From positions 1 through 64,000 of the IMG/VR virus record IMGVR_UViG_3300032246_001892: DNA of 64,000 nucleotides; one strand, given 5' to 3'. How positions within the stretch are numbered: the stretch's first letter is position 1; each line of letters starts with the position of its first letter. Shown here piece by piece: positions 1 to 8,441 of the stretch. The notes under the pieces are model-generated. The model worked only from the letters and a program-made list of their open reading frames with translations. It was not told the DNA's origin and did not search any database. Both the position numbers and the translations under genes were made by a program. Source of the DNA: a virus.

Positions 1-207
1 AATGCTCTGGTCTATGGTAATGCTTGGGTCTATGGTGATGCTAGAGTCTATGGTAATGCTCTGGTCTGTGGTAATGCTGAGGTCTATGGTGATGCTAAGG
101 TCTATGGTGATGCTAAGGTCTATGGTGATGCTAAGGTCTATGGTGATGCTAAGGTCTATGGTAATGCTCTGGTCTATGGTGATGCTGAGGTCTATGGTGA
201 TGCTGAG
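1..207 (+). repeat. 18-bp tandem repeat (~11 copies) encoding (N/D)AxVYG
   Basis: Unit gtctatggt(a/g)atgctnnn, directly visible. Confidence 0.95.
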
Positions 208-357
208 GGAGTTCCTAAAAAGGAAATCAAATCAGAATACATCTGTGAGGATGATTTTCAAAGAATCATTTCTGGTGATGTTGATGAGGTTATTGTTGAT
301 GGAGTCAAGTATAAGAAGGTTGCTCAGACAATTACTTCTTGGAGAAAGATTTCTTGA
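1..357 (+). CDS. Hexapeptide-repeat (left-handed beta-helix-like) protein, 3' part; frame 1, not the 2..370 ORF of the track
   Basis: Frame 1 reads NALVYGNAWVYGDARVYGNALVCGNAEVYGDAKVYG...GVPKKEIK...WRKIS, with TGA at 355-357. Confidence 0.85.
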   Translation, partial: NALVYGNAWVYGDARVYGNALVCGNAEVYGDAKVYGDAKVYGDAKVYGDAKVYGNALVYGDAEVYGDAEGVPKKEIKSEYICEDDFQRIISGDVDEVIVDGVKYKKVAQTITSWRKIS

Positions 358-391
358 CACCTCCTCCTAAAGCATATAGAATAAGATTATG
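354..391 (+). promoter_or_regulatory. Repeated early sigma70-type promoter cassette, copy 1
   Basis: TTGACA(354-359)-17 nt-TAGAAT(377-382)-6 nt-ATG(389). Confidence 0.85.
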
Positions 392-703
392 AAAATTACA
401 GACAAGGACAAGATTACAATGTATGAAGCTTTTCTTCACAAGATTAATATGGCTTGTGTCTGTGGAGATAATTTAGCAATTCAAGAGCTTGTTCAGAATG
501 CTGATGCTTGGTCATATGCCCATAGACAAGGTAATGGGGAGATCTCTGATAAGCAGCAGCAGGAGCTTATTGATAATAGGTTCTTTAAGCTCTGCGATAC
601 ACCTAAAGCTGTTGCAGCTAATGAGTCAATGAAAGCAAAGAGAAAGGTTATTCTCGATAAATTAACAGAACAGGCACAAGAGCTTCAAATGGGTTATGAA
701 TAA
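389..703 (+). CDS. Hypothetical early protein
   Basis: ORF starts immediately after the promoter cassette. Confidence 0.75.
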   Translation: MKITDKDKITMYEAFLHKINMACVCGDNLAIQELVQNADAWSYAHRQGNGEISDKQQQELIDNRFFKLCDTPKAVAANESMKAKRKVILDKLTEQAQELQMGYE

Positions 704-1043
704 ACAAGGATCAACAGTTTGTGAATGTGGTAGAGATGATGTTCATTCAACAAGAGATTGTTGGACATTAGAAAATAAAATGAAAAAGTATACAGATCTG
801 AATATTTGGATTCATAAGCTTAAACAGATTATGGATGAGAAGAAAGTATTGATATGGCTCTGTACACCTAATAAAGCATTTAATGATAGAACACCAATGA
901 GTATGATTATGGAAGGGCAAACCGAATTATTAAATGCTGCTAGACAAGATAGATCAAAACTTATAGATGTTTTGGTTAAATTATTAACTGTGTTAAAACT
1001 TGACATCTCCTCTCAAGCCATGTATAATAAGGATTATGAATGA
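696..1043 (+). CDS. Protein with Xre/MbcA/ParS antitoxin C-terminal-like (DUF2384-like) motif; start may be ATG 780
   Basis: WLCTPNKAFNDRTPMSMIMEG resembles the W-L-x-x-P-N-x-x-(L/F)-x-x-x-x-P motif. Confidence 0.5.
   Translation: MNKQGSTVCECGRDDVHSTRDCWTLENKMKKYTDLNIWIHKLKQIMDEKKVLIWLCTPNKAFNDRTPMSMIMEGQTELLNAARQDRSKLIDVLVKLLTVLKLDISSQAMYNKDYE
1000..1038 (+). promoter_or_regulatory. Early promoter cassette, copy 2 (variant)
   Basis: TTGACA(1000)-17 nt-TATAAT(1023)-7 nt-ATG(1036). Confidence 0.85.
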
Positions 1044-1242
1044 ACTAAAAAATATAACAAGAGAATCTAAAAGAGAACTACAGGAAATTGCTTTATCTGA
1101 GTTTAAAGAATACCTTGAAAAGGCAATAAGGTATAAAGATTTCAACTTTATTATTGTCCCAATTAATGACAAATATCATTATAGTGTAGAGCAATATCTT
1201 GATTTTTTGGAGTATTATCATATTTCCATTAAACTGTCCTAA
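1036..1242 (+). CDS. Hypothetical early protein (start moved to ATG 1036)
   Basis: MNELKNITRES..., directly after the promoter. Confidence 0.7.
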   Translation: MNELKNITRESKRELQEIALSEFKEYLEKAIRYKDFNFIIVPINDKYHYSVEQYLDFLEYYHISIKLS

Positions 1243-1266
1243 AATTACTAGGGAAGCTATATTCTC

Positions 1267-1304
1267 TTGACATCTCCTCCTAAAGCATATAGAATAAGAT
1301 TATG
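1267..1304 (+). promoter_or_regulatory. Early promoter cassette, copy 3
   Basis: TTGACATCTCCTCCTAAAGCATATAGAATAAGATTATG. Confidence 0.85.
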
Positions 1305-1469
1305 ACATACGAAGAACTTCTAGAAGAGAACAAAAGATTAAAAGAACTGGTTAATAGGCAAACAGATGCTCTTGCAAAGAATTGTGCAAAGCTAATCTTA
1401 GAAGCAGAAAAGTATATTGAAGAGCATACTAAAAAAGAAGAAGATGGTGCAGATTGGTGGAAGAAATAA
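1302..1469 (+). CDS. Small coiled-coil early protein (55 aa, not in the ORF track)
   Basis: MTYEELLEENKRLKELVN...DWWKK*, directly after the cassette. Confidence 0.7.
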   Translation: MTYEELLEENKRLKELVNRQTDALAKNCAKLILEAEKYIEEHTKKEEDGADWWKK

Positions 1470-1509
1470 TTTTCTTGCATTGTCCTAAAATTTTCAATAT
1501 ATTAAAGAC

Positions 1510-1707
1510 ATGAAAAAGAAACCCATTAAATCAAAAAATGAGCTTGAAAAAATTCTTGATATAAAAGATAATTTTATTGTAGATGCATATCTTAGAAATG
1601 TCAGTGTAAAAGACTTTCTTAAAGATCTTGAAGATTATGTGAATAAAATGAAAGAAGCTTCCTTTATGAAAGGATATAGTGAAGGTGGATTTGCAGGGTA
1701 TGAATAA
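1510..1707 (+). CDS. Hypothetical early protein
   Basis: ORF preceded by a TTGCAT..TATATT promoter-like sequence. Confidence 0.65.
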   Translation: MKKKPIKSKNELEKILDIKDNFIVDAYLRNVSVKDFLKDLEDYVNKMKEASFMKGYSEGGFAGYE

Positions 1708-1712
1708 TTTTA

Positions 1713-1750
1713 TTGACACCTCCTCCTAAAGCATATAGAACAAGATTATG
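1713..1750 (+). promoter_or_regulatory. Early promoter cassette, copy 4
   Basis: TTGACACCTCCTCCTAAAGCATATAGAACAAGATTATG. Confidence 0.8.
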
Positions 1751-2119
1751 AAAATAAATTATAGTGGACTCATTGCTGAAGAACAATGTATGAAAGCAAG
1801 TTCTTGGGAAGCTAATGAACCTGTAGCACATATTAATGTTGTACAGAGTTTAATTGATAGATTAAATGATGCAGAAGAAAGCAATCAGAAGCTTAAGGAA
1901 GATATTGAAAAGCTAGAAAGTCAAAAAATGCTTATGCAAGCGAAGTTAAATGAAGCTAGAAATATATCAGATAATTTTGCATACTCTATAAAAAATCTTG
2001 GGCATTATGCTGATAAGGCAATAAGTGATTACAATTCTAGTCTTTGGAGAATAACAGATGGTATACCTGTAAACAATATATTTACAGCATATAAAAAGTT
2101 GCTTGACACCTCCTCCTAA
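1748..2119 (+). CDS. Hypothetical coiled-coil early protein
   Basis: ORF lies between two cassettes; its stop is inside the next cassette. Confidence 0.75.
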   Translation: MKINYSGLIAEEQCMKASSWEANEPVAHINVVQSLIDRLNDAEESNQKLKEDIEKLESQKMLMQAKLNEARNISDNFAYSIKNLGHYADKAISDYNSSLWRITDGIPVNNIFTAYKKLLDTSS

Positions 2120-2139
2120 AACTATAGAATAAAATTATG
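2103..2139 (+). promoter_or_regulatory. Early promoter cassette, copy 5
   Basis: TTGACACCTCCTCCTAAAACTATAGAATAAAATTATG. Confidence 0.8.
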
Positions 2140-2304
2140 ACATACCCACTTAAAGTTCAAATTGCTATGGATCACTTACAAGAGTTTTCAGCTGATGTTA
2201 TTGCTTCTTTAACATTAGCCCGAGAATATGATCTTCAAAGGATTGCACATGATATTGATCTAGTGTTAAGAGAGATAGGACATATACCAAATCAAGAGGA
2301 ATAA
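2137..2304 (+). CDS. Small early protein (55 aa, not in the ORF track)
   Basis: MTYPLKVQIAMDHLQEF...PNQEE*. Confidence 0.65.
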   Translation: MTYPLKVQIAMDHLQEFSADVIASLTLAREYDLQRIAHDIDLVLREIGHIPNQEE

Positions 2305-2312
2305 GTATTATT

Positions 2313-2516
2313 ATGAATAATGAAGCATTGCTATTTCCAGTTCATATAGCAATGCTTTTAATGGCAATAGGCTTCTTGGTATTCTTTTTTATGGCTCTTG
2401 GTGGAGTAAAGAAAGTTAGAAAGATAACAAGAAAGGCAAATAAGAGAGCTAAGAAGGCAGCAGTTTGGATAAAGAATAATGATGCTTATAAGAAGAGTTG
2501 GTTTTATCAGATATGA
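2313..2516 (+). CDS. Small membrane protein
   Basis: One hydrophobic helix followed by a basic tail. Confidence 0.65.
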   Translation: MNNEALLFPVHIAMLLMAIGFLVFFFMALGGVKKVRKITRKANKRAKKAAVWIKNNDAYKKSWFYQI

Positions 2517-2680
2517 GTGGCTTAAAGATAGCTTCAGTTTGGATTGAGGATCTAATACAATGGGTTCCAATGTCTCATATAAAGGTTATTCAATGGTATA
2601 CCCACGAAGGTAAGAGTTGTGTCCAGTTTTCTTTTGATGACAAAGTACAGGAAAGCTATGTTGAGTATAAGAATTTTTAA
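2513..2680 (+). CDS. Small hypothetical protein
   Basis: ATGA overlap with the upstream stop. Confidence 0.55.
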   Translation: MSGLKIASVWIEDLIQWVPMSHIKVIQWYTHEGKSCVQFSFDDKVQESYVEYKNF

Positions 2681-3342
2681 ATCTCTTTTAGGGTAACCTT
2701 ACCTTCCTTGTCAATGATTAAATAATGACAAGGTGAGTCACAGAATGAACCTGTGTTGTAATAGTTCTTATTCATCTTAGTACAGAAATACTCTTCAGCA
2801 TAATGTACATGCCCACCAAAGATAGCATCATAATGAGTATTCTCAATATGCTTTAATGCTCTCATTTTTATCTTTTCCCTGACATCAAGAAATGTTTTAC
2901 TATTTCTCTTTAACCATCTTGAAACTGGTTTTGAATAAGTCTGGAAAAAATAATAGACCTTCTCAGCTAAATGGGTTATAAATGGATGACTATCAATAAA
3001 AGTATCAAAGATATCTAAATGTAAAAACAGCATATGCTTTTCATTTACTGTTAATTCATACTGATGAACAAATTCAATACCAAGAATATTAGCTAACACT
3101 TCTGAATTCTTGTCATGATTTCCAGCTATAAGGATAACCTCTTTTTTCTTTGATATCTTTCTAATAGCATCTAAAACCTTCCAATGCTTCTTTTTATATC
3201 TGTTAAAGCTTTCATTGTCCAATAAATCCCCATTAATAATGAGTTTATAAAAGTCTTCCTTTTCAAGTACTTTTAATAATGCATCAGTTATACAAACAGG
3301 ACTTCCTAAATGAATATCAGAGATAACTAGAATATTGGACAT
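2677..3342 (-). CDS. Calcineurin-like metallophosphoesterase (LpxH-like)
   Basis: SDIHLG, GDLLD, GNHD, GHVH and NTGSF motifs. Confidence 0.85.
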   Translation of the reverse strand: MSNILVISDIHLGSPVCITDALLKVLEKEDFYKLIINGDLLDNESFNRYKKKHWKVLDAIRKISKKKEVILIAGNHDKNSEVLANILGIEFVHQYELTVNEKHMLFLHLDIFDTFIDSHPFITHLAEKVYYFFQTYSKPVSRWLKRNSKTFLDVREKIKMRALKHIENTHYDAIFGGHVHYAEEYFCTKMNKNYYNTGSFCDSPCHYLIIDKEGKVTLKEI

Positions 3343-3390
3343 CTATACTATTTATTTGACTTTTCTCTCCTTTGCTCTATAATTCTGAAT

Positions 3391-4329
3391 ATGTTCAATA
3401 TTTTCTCAAGCTTCTCAGCACCTATTAGTCCAAAGGAAAATAATAATTTGTACCCATCTTGGTCCTGGTCAACTGTTATCAAAGATGCTGATGGTAAGGA
3501 TGTACCTGTTTCTGAGCTTATTAACAAGTACAATAGACTCAATGAATCTGCAGAGCATCTAAGAGGTGAAGCTGAGAAATTCTATGAAGAGAACAAAAAG
3601 CTCAAAGATCAACTCAACTCTATTGAAGAGGATGGTACATATGAGCACAATAATGCCATTAAGCTCAGAGAAGAGAATGCTGTATTAAAGAATAGAAACA
3701 CTGAGCTTCTTGAGAAGTATAATGGTTTTGTTACAATGGGTGGTTTAAAGTATATGGAAGCAAAGCTTCAGATTGTTCAGAATGATTATAAGAAGTGTGC
3801 AGAACAAAGAGATGAATATAAGCATCAGCTCAATGCTGCTAATAAAGAGATTGTGGTATTAAAGAAAGATATTGTTGTATTAAAGAAAGATATTGTTGTA
3901 TTAAAGAAAGATATTGTTGATTATGTCTTTGACAAGGATGAAGAGATTGAAAAAATGAAAACAGAAAAGTATTATGTCTGTAATCACTGTGGATACAAAG
4001 TAGCTCACGATACCAATTATTATGGTGGCTGTGGGTTTTGTAAAGATGGTATAATGATTGAGAAGGAAGAAACTATAGATAACCCTATGTACCCTATTCA
4101 TTGGGGCACTCTAGACCCTGATATATACGAAAAAGCTAAAAACATGAGCATTGAAGAAGCTATTAAAGATGTAGCAAAAGCAGAAGTAGAGAACGAAGAT
4201 TCTTTCGAATGTCCGTGTAATAGGTGCAAGGAACCAGAAGAAAATTTAGTAGATAGAGTATCAAAGCTTGAAAAGAAAATAGAAGAGCTTACAATCATTA
4301 AAAAGAGCAAAAAAGCAATAAGACTATAA
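3391..4329 (+). CDS. Coiled-coil protein with Zn-ribbon motifs
   Basis: Heptad-rich; CNHC..CGFC and CPCNRC; TTGACT..TATAAT promoter upstream. Confidence 0.75.
   Translation: MFNIFSSFSAPISPKENNNLYPSWSWSTVIKDADGKDVPVSELINKYNRLNESAEHLRGEAEKFYEENKKLKDQLNSIEEDGTYEHNNAIKLREENAVLKNRNTELLEKYNGFVTMGGLKYMEAKLQIVQNDYKKCAEQRDEYKHQLNAANKEIVVLKKDIVVLKKDIVVLKKDIVDYVFDKDEEIEKMKTEKYYVCNHCGYKVAHDTNYYGGCGFCKDGIMIEKEETIDNPMYPIHWGTLDPDIYEKAKNMSIEEAIKDVAKAEVENEDSFECPCNRCKEPEENLVDRVSKLEKKIEELTIIKKSKKAIRL
3844..3919 (+). repeat. 21-bp tandem repeat (~3.5 copies) encoding KDIVVLK
   Basis: aaagatattgttgtattaaag repeated. Confidence 0.9.
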
Positions 4330-4332
4330 TAT

Positions 4333-4566
4333 ATGCCAAAAGGAAAACTAGAATTTAATTTACCAGAAGAGCAAGGAGACTTCGAACTCGCATCAAATGC
4401 CACAAAGTGGTATTTAGTTGCTTGGGATATGGATGAGTATCTGAGAAGTTTAACCAAGTATGCTTCAGATAATGAGACTCAAGAACGCATTGATGCCTTT
4501 CAAGAAGTAAGAGATAGGTTTTGGGAGATTATGAACGATAGAAATTTAACTTTTGACGAAAGCTAA
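4333..4566 (+). CDS. Small phage hypothetical protein
   Basis: MPKGKLEFNLPEE... ORF in a co-directional run. Confidence 0.75.
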   Translation: MPKGKLEFNLPEEQGDFELASNATKWYLVAWDMDEYLRSLTKYASDNETQERIDAFQEVRDRFWEIMNDRNLTFDES

Positions 4567-4570
4567 TAAA

Positions 4571-4882
4571 ATGACAAAGGAACTATTTGAAGAGATTATT
4601 CTTAACATCCAGCTTTTGTCTGAAAAGAATAGACAGATATATGAACTTGGAATTGATTTAATGGAATATATAGAACCATATGAAAAGATTAATGATCTTC
4701 TGTTTAAGTCACACTTTAATGACGAACAGATTGAATGGATTGATTGGTATCTATATGAGAGACCATCACTGACTAGAAACGGAAAACCAAACCAGGCTTG
4801 GAGTACTGTTGATGGGCAGAAGGTAGAAATTTGCCACACCATCGATTCTCTTTGGGAAACTATACAAGAGTATAATAAATAG
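4571..4882 (+). CDS. Hypothetical protein
   Basis: ATG at 4571 within track ORF 4553..4882. Confidence 0.7.
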   Translation: MTKELFEEIILNIQLLSEKNRQIYELGIDLMEYIEPYEKINDLLFKSHFNDEQIEWIDWYLYERPSLTRNGKPNQAWSTVDGQKVEICHTIDSLWETIQEYNK

Positions 4883-4888
4883 TCGTTA

Positions 4889-5245
4889 ATGAGTCTAGAA
4901 TCAAAATTAAAAACACTTCGTAAAAAATTAGATAAATGTTTCAGCGCAGAGACTGTTACCTATTTCAGTGAAGAAATCCCTAGTACAGGACACTGTGCTG
5001 TTGTATCAGCAATTATACATAAACGGTTTGGTGGTATATTTCGTAGTACATATGTAAATGGAATTAAGCATTGGTTTAATGAAATCGATGGACTTCAAAT
5101 CGACTTAACTGGCGACCAATTCGGCTTTAAGAAGGTACAGATTAAAAAAGATTTATACGTTGATTCTATTCCTAGAGTATGGGATGATTTAAACGAAACA
5201 ACTCTTAAAAGAGTTGTAATTATGGAGGAAAAATTAAAAATATGA
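4889..5245 (+). CDS. YunG-like protein (Cys-His-Asp, transglutaminase-like)
   Basis: GHCAVVS..FGG..HWFN..IDLTGDQF. Confidence 0.6.
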   Translation: MSLESKLKTLRKKLDKCFSAETVTYFSEEIPSTGHCAVVSAIIHKRFGGIFRSTYVNGIKHWFNEIDGLQIDLTGDQFGFKKVQIKKDLYVDSIPRVWDDLNETTLKRVVIMEEKLKI

Positions 5246-5793
5246 AGAAGACAGTAATTTGGTTAACAGGTTTATCTGGTGCTGGTAAAACAGAAATTGC
5301 CAATACTTTGTTTGAAAAGTATAAGGATCAACACAAAATAGGTGTTGTTGATGGAGATGCTTTGCGAGCAAAGTATGATAAGCCATTTGGCTTTGATATG
5401 ACAAGCAGACAGAGAATGGTATCTGAAGCTATTTATTGTGCGAAGAACATGCTAGTTTTTCAAAAGGTGAATTTAGTTATTGTAGCAATGATCTCGCCTT
5501 TAAAGTCAATGAGAGACAATGCACGTGAGCTTCTAACAAAGTATTGTGATGCCAATTTTGTTGAAGTATTCGTTGATACACCACTCTGGTTATGTGAAGA
5601 AAGAGACCCAAAAGGCCTTTATAAAAAGGCTCGTGCTGGAGAAATTAAAGACTTTACTGGTATTGATTCACCTTATGAAAGACCAGTTTTACCTGAAGTT
5701 CATTTACACCATGAAACAACATTAGATAAAATGACAGTTGAAAAAGCTGTTGATATCATCTATAATAGAATCAAGCAACCAACAATATTATGA
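5242..5793 (+). CDS. cysC: Adenylyl-sulfate kinase
   Basis: WLTGLSGAGKT, DGDALR, RDPKGLYKKARAGEIKDFTGIDSPYE. Confidence 0.95.
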   Translation: MKKTVIWLTGLSGAGKTEIANTLFEKYKDQHKIGVVDGDALRAKYDKPFGFDMTSRQRMVSEAIYCAKNMLVFQKVNLVIVAMISPLKSMRDNARELLTKYCDANFVEVFVDTPLWLCEERDPKGLYKKARAGEIKDFTGIDSPYERPVLPEVHLHHETTLDKMTVEKAVDIIYNRIKQPTIL

Positions 5794-6245
5794 TCAAGAA
5801 AACTCTAACTCCTACCAACGATATGTATATGCAGTTCACAGAAGATGAACTTGCGGAACTTAATATGGCACCCGGTGATAAGTTTAGTGTTAAACATCTT
5901 GAAGATGGCTCCATTAAACTTGAAAAGTATGTCAAGATGGAAGTTGATATGGGAGATTGGCCTCGGGAGGTGCTTGAACAGATTATTAGTATGTCCTGCG
6001 AAGAAGATATTTCAGCCAATGAAGTTATCAGTAATCTGCTTAAAAAGTCGTTGGAGACAGTAAAAACCTCGTCTACAGACGTGATAAATGATTTCATGAA
6101 AGGAAAACATTTGTTAAATGAGACTTATCACAATACAGAAGTCATAGGTAAAGAATATAATTTCCCTACTCCGTGGAATGTGCCTCCGGTTTATGCTACC
6201 ACAGAAGATGTTTTACCCGAACATAGAACTCATAATTCTCTGTAG
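5790..6245 (+). CDS. AbrB/MazE-like DNA-binding protein
   Basis: QFTEDELAELNMAPGDKFSVKHLEDGSIKL pattern. Confidence 0.45.
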   Translation: MIKKTLTPTNDMYMQFTEDELAELNMAPGDKFSVKHLEDGSIKLEKYVKMEVDMGDWPREVLEQIISMSCEEDISANEVISNLLKKSLETVKTSSTDVINDFMKGKHLLNETYHNTEVIGKEYNFPTPWNVPPVYATTEDVLPEHRTHNSL

Positions 6246-6285
6246 GTAACACTGGCAGTTATGGGGGTATATCCTAAATAGGAAT

Positions 6286-6864
6286 ATGAAAAAACTTATT
6301 TTAATCATCCTGACATTGGGATGCATTGTGGGGTGTACATACTATACAGAAAAACAATCAGAAACATTGAGTCGTAATGTATATGCAACATCAGATTCTT
6401 TAAACACAGCACGCGTTGATCTGGCCAATTACTATTCTGAACAAACAACACGTTTGGTTAAATCTCCTAAAAAAAGAATTAGCATTCACGCTGTTTATGA
6501 AGCAGGCAAAGTAGCAGCGGAAAATTCAAAGACAAGAGTTATCGTTGTACCAGAAGCATATAGGAATGATAAAGTTGTAGTTGTAAATTCATCAGAATAT
6601 CAAGAGCTTCTTAAAGACAAAGCAATTGCCGAACAGTTAAAGAAAGATAATGAAAACATTATTAAATCAAAGATTGAAACAGATAAGGAATTAGCAAAAC
6701 AAGCGGAATATAATAATAAGATGATAATAGATCTTAATAACATGCAGAAAAAATTGGTAGAAAAGGATTTAGCTATTCTTTGGAGAAACATTATTATTGT
6801 AGGTTTACTCGTTTCTATCGGTGGATACATATATTTGAGAATGAATAGTTTCTTAGTTTTTTGA
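6286..6864 (+). CDS. Putative lipoprotein with C-terminal TM helix (spanin-like)
   Basis: Signal peptide with lipobox-like IVGC, coiled coil, C-terminal hydrophobic helix; next to the lysin. Confidence 0.5.
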   Translation: MKKLILIILTLGCIVGCTYYTEKQSETLSRNVYATSDSLNTARVDLANYYSEQTTRLVKSPKKRISIHAVYEAGKVAAENSKTRVIVVPEAYRNDKVVVVNSSEYQELLKDKAIAEQLKKDNENIIKSKIETDKELAKQAEYNNKMIIDLNNMQKKLVEKDLAILWRNIIIVGLLVSIGGYIYLRMNSFLVF

Positions 6865-6897
6865 TGAATACCCCCTACTTTATCCGTAAGTATTAAT

Positions 6898-7026
6898 ATG
6901 GATAAGTTCATTAAAACAATTTCATCTACGGTCAATTCAATTATTGACTGGATTGCTGTACACCCAAAGACCGCTCTCATGGTTTTTGTGTTTGTAGTCG
7001 GCTTTATTTTGGGCACTCTCTTTTAA
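6898..7026 (+). CDS. Small membrane protein (42 aa, not in the track)
   Basis: MDKFIKTISS...LMVFVFVVGFILGTLF*; TAAGTA motif upstream. Confidence 0.6.
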   Translation: MDKFIKTISSTVNSIIDWIAVHPKTALMVFVFVVGFILGTLF

Positions 7027-7160
7027 GGGAGTCCATATTCATATGTATTTTAAAAAACATTCATACTACCGTTCTGCCTTTTGGTGTACATATAGTTTGC
7101 TTTTAGGTTTTGTTGTTGCGAGAGGTATTTTATTTCATTTATATAGGTAAGTAGTTATAT

Positions 7161-7574
7161 ATGTGGCAAAATATCATTAATGTGACTAAATCAGCCGCAG
7201 CATTTCTTCAGAATGGTAAAGCACCTCCAAACACCCCCGCACACTTGGAAAAACAGATAGAAGATACAAATCATCTATCTTCAAAAAAGTTCTTTATTAT
7301 CTTTACATCGGTATTAATGCTCAGTCTTTTATATTACTCTAGTGTAGCAATTCTCTTATCAATTAGTATGGTTGAGCATATTACTGCATTTGTTACTATA
7401 TTCTCCAAAACAATAGAAATATTTGCAGTTATTATAGCATCCTATCTAGGCGTTCAAGCTGTTGTTGATTTGAAATATAACAGTTCGTCAAACGTTAGTC
7501 TTGAAGGTGATATAGATGTTGAAGAAGAAATATTAACATACAACACGAAAGAGGATGACTATGTATTAAAATGA
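7161..7574 (+). CDS. Putative holin / two-TM membrane protein
   Basis: Two hydrophobic segments; overlaps the start of the lysozyme gene. Confidence 0.5.
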   Translation: MWQNIINVTKSAAAFLQNGKAPPNTPAHLEKQIEDTNHLSSKKFFIIFTSVLMLSLLYYSSVAILLSISMVEHITAFVTIFSKTIEIFAVIIASYLGVQAVVDLKYNSSSNVSLEGDIDVEEEILTYNTKEDDYVLK

Positions 7575-8182
7575 AATCGCCATCAGAAGAATCTTTAAAA
7601 TTATTATTGGAATATGAAGTAGGAGGAGGCAAACCATATTATGATAAATTCTTGTCGAAATTTACTTGGCCCGGAGGAGCTAGTGGACCTACAATAGGAA
7701 TTGGAGTAGATTGTGGTTATTACTCTAAAGAAGAGCTTTCAAAAATCTTTGCATTTTTATCAAAGAAAGAAATTGATTTAGTTAGAAACGCTTCTGGTAA
7801 AACCGGTCAAGCAGGGAAGGAATATACAATAATATTAAAAAATGCTGGTATAACGGTTTCCTGGGATCAAGCTTCAAATATATTTAAAACTCTTACATGG
7901 CCTAAATTCTCAAAATTAGCAGAAAAGACTTTCCCGGGTCTTGATCAACTCTGTGATAATGCATATGGAGCTATAGTTTCTTTGGTTTTTAATAGAGGTA
8001 CTTCATTATCAGGAGATAGTAGAAGAGAAATGAAAAATATAAAAGATTTAATACCCAATAAAGACTATAAAAATATTGCAAAAGAGTTTCGTAAAATGAA
8101 AAGAATATGGGAAGGAAGAGGTTTAGATGGACTTATTACCAGAAGAGAAGCCGAAGCCAAGCTTGTTGAGACCTGTATTTGA
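7571..8182 (+). CDS. Lysozyme-like endolysin
   Basis: EYEVGGG..WPGGASGPTIGIGVDCG..SLVFNRG..GLITRREAEA. Confidence 0.8.
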   Translation: MKSPSEESLKLLLEYEVGGGKPYYDKFLSKFTWPGGASGPTIGIGVDCGYYSKEELSKIFAFLSKKEIDLVRNASGKTGQAGKEYTIILKNAGITVSWDQASNIFKTLTWPKFSKLAEKTFPGLDQLCDNAYGAIVSLVFNRGTSLSGDSRREMKNIKDLIPNKDYKNIAKEFRKMKRIWEGRGLDGLITRREAEAKLVETCI

Positions 8183-8183
8183 T

Positions 8184-8441
8184 ATGAATTTGAGTGATGT
8201 TTATTCTAATAGGGTAAAAAAAACCTCCGTATCCTCTCTCGGAGTAGGAGGTTCTTTCCCGACTATAGAAAAAGACCCCACTATTAACAAGTTAGAAAGA
8301 GATGTTATGTCTCAAATGGCTTCTCTTATGCCTAAAGAAACTATTGCTACAGTTATTAATTCTCCTTCCGTTAAAATATTAACCCCGGAAGAAGCGATAA
8401 AAGAGTTGATAGAACTAGAAAAATCCCAGATAATGTCTTAA
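8184..8441 (+). CDS. Hypothetical protein
   Basis: ATG 8184 just after the lysin stop. Confidence 0.6.
   Translation: MNLSDVYSNRVKKTSVSSLGVGGSFPTIEKDPTINKLERDVMSQMASLMPKETIATVINSPSVKILTPEEAIKELIELEKSQIMS

Noticed and set aside
2-370. ORF with MVMLRS repeats
   Set aside because: Shadow frame of the 18-bp repeat; frame 1 gives a recognisable VYGDA hexapeptide protein
354-2139. Repeats as a CRISPR array or attC sites
   Set aside because: Intervals are 260-650 bp and coding; the repeat is a promoter with ATG, is not palindromic, and no cas or integrase gene is present
6263-6875. 8-bp inverted repeat (gggggtat/ataccccc) flanking the spanin-like gene
   Set aside because: Too short to separate from chance; no transposase or invertase nearby
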